From contig NW_021832113.1 of assembly GCF_006345805.1 (NCBI RefSeq), positions 1 through 33,291 of the forward strand: a stretch of 33,291 nt of DNA, in the 5' to 3' direction. Positions 24,355 through 33,291 of the stretch are shown here, in pieces; within the stretch, counting starts at the first letter, position 1, and each line of letters begins with the position of its first letter. The notes under the pieces are model-generated. The model was not told where the DNA came from and ran no database searches. It worked only from the letters and a program-made list of their open reading frames with translations. The position numbers and the translations under genes are program-made. Source of the stretch: Octopus sinensis. Taxonomy: Eukaryota.

Positions 24355-25050
24355 ATCGTGTGTCGTTGCTTTTACAAGGCAAGTTTGATGTGAAGGTATG
24401 GAAGGAAGATTTTTTCTGGGTTTACCAGCGGCACATGCTGCACATTGTAGGGACCAATTATGCGCTCATCTCTTTTAGAGCAGTCTTTTACAGTGCAATG
24501 GTTGCTGTCATCACGACTGTTCCAAAAATACAAGAAGTGCATATTTTTTATGTATTCCAGCTGCAGTCCTAGGAGGAGGAAAATCATCTTTAAATCACCA
24601 GAAATATTTCACTTATGAACTGAGTAATTAACTCCTTTCAGAATGAGTTCCATCGATTCATAAGTTTCTTCCATACCGATAGCATGACCCACAGGAATGG
24701 AAGGTTTTTCATTACCATTATGTAACAGCACAGCTTCGAGGCTAACCTTACTCGAGTCTTTAAACATTCTCCATTCGTTAGTCACATACACTTGTCGTAG
24801 TTTTTGCATAAGTGCATTAACGTTAGTGCAGAAACAAGCATTATTTTCTTGCTTGAAAAAGACAGATAAGCCTTCATGGCGAGAATGGAAAATAGAAATT
24901 TTCGCACCTTACTGTTGGAGATTCCGTTGCTGTAGTCTGGATCCCAAAACTTCTGCCTTCTCCTTTGACAATGGTAGGTCTTTTACTAAATCATTCAAAT
25001 CTTCTTGATTAAACAAGCTTGGCTCACTTTTCTTAGAATCAACTACGTAC
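24355..25050 (-). mobile_element. Fragmented DDE DNA-transposase (Chapaev-3/CMC-like, tentative)
   Basis: Minus-strand pieces LFNQEDLNDLVKDLPLSKEKAEVLGSRL, EWRMFKDSSKVSLEAVLLHNGN, LLGLQLEY...FWNSRDD...PLVNPEKIFLPYLHIKL. Confidence 0.8.
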
Positions 25051-25230
25051 TCTCCATTATTTACATCATTTACATTTGACGGATATTTGTCCTCATCTGG
25101 TTTGTTGTTAACACAACATTTCGGCTGATATACCCTCCAGCCTTCTTCAGGTGTCTTGGGGGAATTTGAAACCTGAGTTCACATTCCTAAGGTATTTTTC
25201 AATGTTGTTGTTATTATTATCATTATTATT
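25050..25230 (-). mobile_element. Penelope-like element terminal-repeat fragment
   Basis: Contains the PLE-typical ctga.gaaggc...gccgaaa.gttg hammerhead segment; merges into an (ATT)n tract. Confidence 0.6.
25110..25155 (-). ncRNA. Minimal type I hammerhead ribozyme motif
   Basis: Minus strand: GACAC-CUGAAGA-A-GGCUG(gagggtatat)CAGCC-GAAA-UG-UU-GUGUU; stem I 5 bp (one G.U), stem II 5 bp, collapsed stem III. Confidence 0.7.
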
Positions 25231-25494
25231 ATTATTATTATTATTTTATTATTATCATCATCATCATTATTATTATATTATTATTATCATTATTATTATT
25301 ATTATTATTATTATCTTTATATATATATATATTATATATATATATATATGTTAAAGTTTCAGCCCAGAGCTACGGCCATGCTGATGACAGCATTTATATG
25401 TACCTGTATCTAGAGTTATATTTCTCTCTCTCTCTCTCTTTCACTCTCTCACTCTCTCTCTCTCTCTACTCGCTCACATATATGTATATATACA

Positions 25495-25640
<146 letters not shown>

Positions 25641-26156
25641 ATAAAGACGAGAATGTGTATATTCCTACATTTCTGAGGTCCTACATAAGTAGCAGGCAAC
25701 AACACAAGCCTACATAAGCACAGACATAAACGAAGAGAAAGAGAGAGAGGGGGAAAGAAAGAGAGAAAGTGAGCGAGAGCGAGATAGAGTGAGAAGGGGA
25801 GGGTTACGGAAAAGAAAGACTGAGCGAAGAAAGGTTTGGGGTGAGAGAGAGAGAGAGAGAGAGAGAAGAAGAAAAGAGGTGAAAATGACTAACACTCATT
25901 TTAAATCAATTTTTCCTTATGACGTCATAATCTCTCTGCCTGACATCGTCCGACACCTTAACATTCAGTCGAATTATCTGTCTATACACACACATAGACA
26001 AGCTTTATAGATATAGGTGTGACTGTGTGATAGAGATTTCAGGTTCAGTTCCACTGCGTGACACCTAGAGCGATTTTTTTCCGTTTTTTTTTGCCATAAC
26101 CAAATACCTGTTTGTGGGTTTCAGAGATGGTCAGTGAAAGAAGCGTACGATATGTG

Positions 26157-26311
<155 letters not shown>

Positions 26312-26327
26312 ATATGTGTGTGTGTGT

Positions 26328-26566
26328 GGAGACGCAATGGCCCAGTGGTTAGGGCAGCGGACTCGCGGTTTCGATCCCCAGACCAGACGGAAACTGAAAG
26401 AAGCCTGTCGTATATGTATATGTATATGTGTGTGTCTGTGTTTGTCCCCCCAACATCGCTTGACAACTGATGCTGGTATGTTTACGTCCCCGAACTCACA
26501 ACGTAACGACAAACGAAATACCGCAAAGCATTTCGCCCGGCGTGCTAACGATTCTGCCAGTTCGCC
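26328..26566. mobile_element. Chimeric SINE cluster: tRNA-like head (+), body of a second SINE (+), inverted head of a third SINE (-, 26492-26566)
   Basis: gcaatggcccagtggttaggg...ggtttcgatccc; ggaaactgaaagaagcc; antisense ggcgaactggcagaatcgttagcacgccggg. Confidence 0.7.
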
Positions 26567-26589
26567 ACAAATCTGTAAACTCTGTTGTT

Positions 26590-27085
26590 GAAGACATGGG
26601 AATTGCCGATTATCTGGTTGAGTTCTTAAACTCACTGGATCCACAACGAGCTCCCCCTCGTTGCCTTCGATTGAAAATGAGCGCTCCAATCATGCCTCTG
26701 GAGACCTTTTCCCAACCGAAGCTGTGCAGTGGTACAAGAATTGTTGTGAAGAAATTAACGAGAAATATCATAGAAGCCACAATAATTTTTGTCTTTGGAA
26801 AAGGTGAAGATATATTTATGCCTCACTTAAGTTTAATACCTTCAAAATATTCGCATCGAATTCAAACGACTTCATTTTCCAATACGTCAGTCTCTTGCGA
26901 TGTCCATTGATAAGTACCAAGATCAGACTTTCAAAGTTACTGCTTTGCAATTAGAGAAGGGTTGTTTTTTTACAAAGACATATGCTGGGGTTCCAGAGTG
27001 GGGAGCAAAGACAATTTTATCATTTTCACCCCTACAGGTAAAACTCAAACCAATGTTTGTAAGAACGTTTTTAGCATGGGATCAA
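26590..27085 (+). mobile_element. Helitron PIF1-like helicase C-terminal remnant
   Basis: YLVEFLNSLDP..PP..LRLK..APIM...PKLCSGTR.VVKKL..NIIEATI...GKGED.F.P, then MSIDK.QDQTFKV and SRVGS. Confidence 0.92.
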
Positions 27086-27318
27086 CGAACAAGATTTGCA
27101 GAATGAATAAAAACTTTGAATTGAAATTGTCAACGCAACACTATATTCGCATAAGAAAATGTATTTCTATTTTTTGGTTGTTGTAATACTTAAGTTCAAT
27201 AATTCTGTTGTGTCTGGAGAGAATCCTTTTCGTTTTGTGCCTTATTATGTAAAACACTCACCGGTAAAATTCCCACTTTTTTCTTATTTTTATTGTCCTA
27301 AAATTTTCGTTGCGTCTT

Positions 27319-27374
<56 letters not shown>

Positions 27375-27400
27375 CCGGTGAATGTGTTATATTATAACAT

Positions 27401-28048
27401 CCGAAAGGATGAAAGGCAAAGTCGACATCGGCGGAATTTAAACTCAGAACGTAACGGCAGACGAAATACCTATTTCTTTAGTACCCACAAGGGGCTCAAC
27501 ACAGAGGGGACTAAGAAGGACAGACAAACGGATTAAGTCAATTATATCGACCCCAGTGCGTAACTGGTACTTATTTAATGGGCCCCGAAAGGATGAAAGG
27601 CAAAGTCGACATCGGTGGAATTTGAAACCAGAATGTAACGGCAGACGAAATACCTATTTCTTTACTGCCCACAAGAGGCTAAACACAGACGGGACAAACA
27701 AGGACAGAAAAGCGGATTAAGTCGATTATATCGAGCCCAGTGCGTAACTGGTACTTAATTTATCGACCCTGAAAGGATGAAAGGAATTTGAACTCAGAAC
27801 GTAACGGCAGACGAAATACCTATTTCTTTAGTACCCACAAGGGGCTAAACACAGAGGGAACAAGCAAGGACAGACAAACATATTAAGTCGATTATATCGA
27901 GCCCAGTGCGTAACTGGTACTTATTTAATGGGCCCCGAAAGGATGAAAGGCAAAGTCGACCTCGGCGGAATTTGAACCCAGAACGTAACGGCAGACGAAA
28001 TACTGCTAAGCATTTCGCCCGGCGTGCTAACGTTTCTGCCAGCTCGCC
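27401..28048 (-). mobile_element. tRNA-derived SINE with one head and ~3.5 tandem body copies (184, 184, 166 bp)
   Basis: ccgaaaggatgaaagg recurs at 27401, 27585, 27769 and 27935; head ggcgagctggcagaaacgttagcacgccggg at the right end. Confidence 0.88.
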
Positions 28049-28304
28049 ACATTAATAAAAGCGAAATTCCCATGTGCCTGTGACCCCTGTCCCTCAGTCT
28101 ACATAGACATATTCTACCTTTTTGGAATCAGGATGATCCCAGGATTGAAACTCTGCTCTACATTTGGTTCTTGACGATCCAGCATTGGGATCTGGCTTAA
28201 AACCATTTTGGCTGCTATTTCTAGCAGTTGAAGCCACAGTGGGAGGTACAAGAGTTACGTCCCTTAGCTTAAGGTGTTACTGAGGAATTTTGTAGTTTTT
28301 TTCA

Positions 28305-28790
28305 CATTTTTCAGTTACTAGACTGCGGCCACGCTGGGGCACCGCATTGAAGAATTGTAATCTAAGAAATTGACACAAGTTATTTCTTACTTCTGTCTGG
28401 TAGATTATATTGGCCTCTTATAGCGAACCGCTAAGTCACATGGAGATAAACGTAAACGACAGACATACACACAAAGCCACTATACACGCACGCACACACA
28501 CACACATACATACATACATACGTACATACATACGTATATACAGACGTACATACGTACATACATACATACATACATACATACGTAATACATGCATAATACA
28601 TATATACATGCATACATATATACATACATACATACGTACATATTTACGTACGTACATACATACACACATACACGTACATACATACATACATAATACATAC
28701 ATACGTACGTACGTACATACATACCACATACATACACACAGAAATGTATGTGTGTATATATATATATATATATGTATATAAATATATATA
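28305..28790 (-). mobile_element. SINE 3' half plus expanded internal (CATA/TACG)n microsatellite
   Basis: gactgcggccacgctggggcaccg...gcgaaccgctaagt, then CATA-rich repeats. Confidence 0.7.
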
Positions 28791-29424
28791 TCATCATCGT
28801 TTAACGTCCGTTTTCCATGCTAGCATGGGTTGGACGGTTCGACCGGGGTCTGGGAAGCCAGGAGGCTGGCAACGGCCACGATCGAATGGTGCTTTTTATG
28901 TGCCCCCAGCACGGAAGCCAGTCAAGACGGCGGTGGCATCAGTCACGTTGAGATGGTGTTTTGAAAGTGCCATTGGCGCGGGTATCAGAACTACAATTTC
29001 CATTTGATGTTGATGTACTTGACTCAATAGGTCTCCTCAAGCACAGCAGGTCACCCTACGATCCAAGGTAACCACAGCAGGCCGTCCTGCGATCCAAGGT
29101 ATTTCCGATGGGTTGGGGCTGTTATGTGAAGCTGCTGCAGGAAACAGCCTCACGTTATTTGTCGGGTCATCGCAGTTACAGCATATCTCCAGATGTCTCG
29201 GTCTTTCGTCATTGCCTCTGTGAGGCCCAACGCTCGAAGGTCATGCTTGATAACCTCATTCCATGTCTTCCTGGGTCTACCTCTACCCCGGATTCCTTCA
29301 ACTGTTTGGGAGTGGCACTTTTTCGCACATCTCTTCTCATCCATCCGGAGAACATGACTATACCATCGCAAACATCTTTCTTGCCTGCCACATCCGATGC
29401 TTGTTATGTCCAGCATTTCTCTCA
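28791..29424 (-). mobile_element. 5'-truncated RTE LINE with open ORF C-terminus
   Basis: ORF 29150..29425 ...RQERCLRWYSHVLRMDE...VEGIRGRGRPRKTWNEVIKHDL...DRDIWR; (CAT)n tail at 28791. Confidence 0.92.
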
Positions 29425-30574
29425 TATATATATATATATATATTATTTTATTTTTATTTTATCTAGTTTCATCTCACGAGCTGTGACCATGCTGGGGCAC
29501 CGAAATTATATATATATATATATATATATTTGTTGAAATGGAAAGATGAATTATCTTGTTACAGATTATTTAAAAGTTTAACCGATACCTGGGTAGCAAA
29601 AATCACAGCAGAAAAAACACGGTTGGAGTTATGACCATAGGGTGTTGCAACCGTGCGTTGGTGCGGATAATTGAAGTTTAATATAATTAGTGAATGGAAG
29701 AAATGGAGTTGAACGAAGATTGTACAGAATTCCTTTTATTACATTCAACACATGTTTCAAAGGCCACAATTTTCCAAATTCTGATTGAATAAGGATACCA
29801 TATTGCAGCTTTCTCTTCAGGAAAATCCAGGAATTACGATGTCCAAAACAAAGGCGCAGCAAGCAATTCGAACAATAACGCTCCTTAAGAGCCCATGTAT
29901 TGGGGCAAACTGTTTCTCAATATACGTTGAAATCGGGGGGTTGGTGGAGGCCGACAAAAAGGTCCGTTGGAATAAATCAAGGTCAGGCCGCGGTCAAATC
30001 TAGTAGGTGAGGAATTAATGAAAACAAGGGGTGTGAAGATATTCTGTGTAACCAAAATTAAAGCTCTGAATATTTTAAGAATTCAGGGTGTATTATTTAG
30101 GTGCGAGACACTACCTACCTACATGCATGTGTGTGTATGCTAGCCTGTGTATGCGTGGGGCGCGAGATAGTGAGCACTGCTGAAAATAGCCGGTCAGGCG
30201 GCTGAAATAATTCTGTGTTCGTGTGTCCGTCAGTGGCCTGCTTATCTAAATTAACCTCGCCAAAAATCAGGGGGGTATATAACTCCTGCCCTTGCTTCTA
30301 AAAACCGACCAATCGCCCAAGGGGAGCAATTTCCCCTTGCAAAAATTGTTCAGAGATTTTTTTCAAAAAAAATTTTTTCAAAATTTATTTCCTTTTATTA
30401 GGATATCAAGGTGTTAATTGTCTTAGGTATCATTTATATGTAAGAAACGTATGACGCCGCCAATGGGGACATCGAAAAGCAGTCTGTAAAAGCCCGTTTA
30501 CCAAACGGCCTCTGGCGAACAATATGTGGAAAAGCTCAGAGTTACAAAGATTACATATCCTTTATTCCATTCAC

Positions 30575-30847
<273 letters not shown>

Positions 30848-31103
30848 TCATCTCTCTGTCTATATATCTACCCTCTTTGTAATGTTGGAAAATGGAATAA
30901 GTATAAAAATGAATATTGTCAATTTAATTTAAAATGTCCATATGTGGCTGAAGCGTGCTCTACATTTTAAAACTGACGTAATACTTACATTGTTTAATTA
31001 AATGAAGTAGCATGAAACGAGTAAACTACACTACATTTGGATATCCTTGTTGCTTATATTGATTATATATATATATTATATATATATATATAATATATAT
31101 ATA

Positions 31104-31186
<83 letters not shown>

Positions 31187-31581
31187 GACTCCGGCACTCG
31201 GGCTGTTCGAGCTTAGCCCGAATATAAATGTAATAAGGTGGACGTGTATTTATAAGCTGATTTCATTTCTGCCAACACTGACTTCAAGTATGTAATTGCA
31301 GCCAATAACTCGTGCTCCTTTTATTGAGCCTGGTCGCTGTTGGTTTATTTTCGTTCACCGTCTGTGTCAAAATATCATTCGTAGCAGACGTTCTCTCGAC
31401 ATCGTTCACACGCGCCTGACTCGGTCTCAGAAGTTACATCCCGAGTTCTTATCAATAATCGTAAAAATTAAAATTAATTCAAATGCAATGTTTTCTTGAA
31501 ACTATAAATTTTTAGAGAGATTAATATTTAAATTAAAATCCATGAAAAGTTTCCGTTCTGTAATATTCTTAAAGGAACGAA

Positions 31582-31996
31582 GGATCTTTTCGGTTTGAAC
31601 GGCAGTTTTTTTCTAGCGATGGCATATGAAATTGTCACCCATAGTTATGACCCTAGTATCGATCTATTGCATTTCAATCTGTTTTAGGGTTAGGGGTGAG
31701 GGAAGGGTATCTGTTTTTCTTCAGAAATGTAAATAAACCCAATCTGTTTCTTAAACGAGGGACATATTCATACGGCACAGAATGTTTTTTTACCTCAATA
31801 GAGGTCACTGATTGGTTGAAATTGCAGAAATTGAAGAAAAAAACAACAACAAATATCTTACATACTATAGAATTTTCTCAATAAAGCCAAGAGAAAAAGA
31901 TGTTTTATAAACACATTCTACCAGTATACGAAGTTTAAAAGTGTTTAGTTACGGGGAAATTATTTTCAAAAACTGCCGTTCAAACAGAAAAGACCC
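31582..31996. mobile_element. 415-bp MITE with 29-bp TIRs and 8-bp TSD (GGAACGAA)
   Basis: 31582-31610 and 31968-31996 are inverted repeats (2 mismatches); ggaacgaa at 31574-31581 and 31997-32004. Confidence 0.9.
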
Positions 31997-32420
31997 GGAA
32001 CGAAAATTTATCCAGCAACTCGGGCTAATAGGAAAGAGCCTGGAAGGAGTAAAAGAGAAACTGGCATCTCTTGTCAAGATTACAAGCGACAGTCAGATCG
32101 CTGGTGTTTGCTTGTGCACTCCGCTGTCGTAATTTGATTGCTGTTATTCTGTGCATCTGTGCGGCGCAAAAATCAGTTGTGTTTTGCAGGGTTGCTTTCT
32201 TGTAATCGTTAACTTAGAAACGGAGAAAGACATTGTGTTAGATGTGAAAAAATAAGCCATTTGGGGCTAGAAATAAAGCGGGAAAACGGGAAATTCTTCG
32301 AGTAGAAATGTGTCTCGTACGAAATCTGTGATGAGCCCGTGTGACACTGAATGGCCCCTGAGATATATATAAATAAAATATGTGTGTGTGTGTATGTGTA
32401 TTCATGAACGTATGCGCGTG

Positions 32421-32479
<59 letters not shown>

Positions 32480-32484
32480 CCATA

Positions 32485-33010
32485 AAGACACACCCGATGG
32501 TTTTGATATCACGGTGGGAAGATCTGCTTCAGCACAAGTAGCTGATTTGGTCTGAATATATATACTTTCGGAAATGGTAGACCAGTTCCCAAACATCAAT
32601 AGAGGTCTATATCGTGTTGATTGTTTACTTTACCTCAAAAATGTTTCTGACCAAAAAGTACAAAATGTTAAGAATACTTCAGTTAATTTTTTTTTCCGTA
32701 GAATGGGTTTAGGCATTGTCTTTAGGATGATGTAACGAAAGCCAACTTAACTTACACAATAATTCTTACGTCCCATACCACAAACAATCGACCAACCTTA
32801 AGTATATTAGCCAATTAAATAATCATTCTAAGGCGATCACTAAGAACTTAGTTAAGAATATTTCATTTAGATTTTCTAAGTTCTCTGCCTATGTAGGCAC
32901 TTTTAACGACAAGGCTCAATTTTGTACCCCTGCCTTACTTAAAGCAGTTTATACAGATAAAGTTATCTACATTGATTGCATTCAATCTTATTCTACCTTT
33001 AGTAAGGGAG
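32485..33010 (+). mobile_element. Penelope-like reverse transcriptase remnant
   Basis: FDITVGRSASAQVADLV*IYILSEM...NINRGLYRVD resembles the PLE motif FDVTMGSYDGAEVCELVG.Y.L...GLYRDD; downstream NNSY.PYH and NH-like segments. Confidence 0.82.
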
Positions 33011-33291
33011 ACATGAAATCTAGCTGTAAGGATATAAACGATATCAGTTTTAATTTATACACCAACTCCAAACAGAGGAAGGGAGATAACCGTTATTTAA
33101 ACCCCTTTTTTCAGTCTAAAGGTAAGTCGATGTCTTTCAAAGGTGGTTACACTAAAAATAAGGCACTAATAGCAAAACAATTTGGTTGATTATATATATA
33201 TATATATATATGTAAGAGGGATGACTAGTATGTGGACATCGATTGTGCTAGAAGGAAATCCGCTATGGTCTTATCACGAAGAAAGGAAGGT

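Noticed and set aside
29630-30003. ORF fragments faintly resembling Tc1/IS630 or Merlin transposases
   Set aside because: Similarities fall on different strands and frames with no consistent catalytic motifs; needs tBLASTn
30316-30340. 8-bp hairpin caagggga-gcaatt-tccccttg as a possible Helitron 3' end
   Set aside because: No CTRR terminus at the expected distance on either strand

Overview
AT-rich eukaryotic genomic DNA. The repeat families (RTE LINEs with (GAT)n tails, tRNA-derived SINEs with internal microsatellites, Penelope-like termini) look like those of Octopus or another coleoid cephalopod; the species is an inference. None of the ORF-track entries is a complete gene. The left ~18.8 kb holds the 3' part of a spliced + strand gene ending in a C-terminal death domain, split over exons 16752-16823 and 18374-18573. 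Upstream lies an array of short, frame-symmetric (phase 1-1) exons. Six 78-nt exons sit in a recent ~2.08 kb tandem amplification (544-12075) and two older 48-51 nt exons have damaged splice sites. Most repeat exons encode a D-[RK]-x-V-Q-T peptide matching the LC8/DYNLL-binding consensus. Flanking-intron homology shows that all of them are paralogues of the first death-domain exon. The right ~14.5 kb appears intergenic: microsatellites, SINEs, RTE, Helitron, DNA-transposon and Penelope remnants, a minimal hammerhead ribozyme motif and a MITE with an intact 8-bp TSD. All alignments were done by eye and no database search was run.
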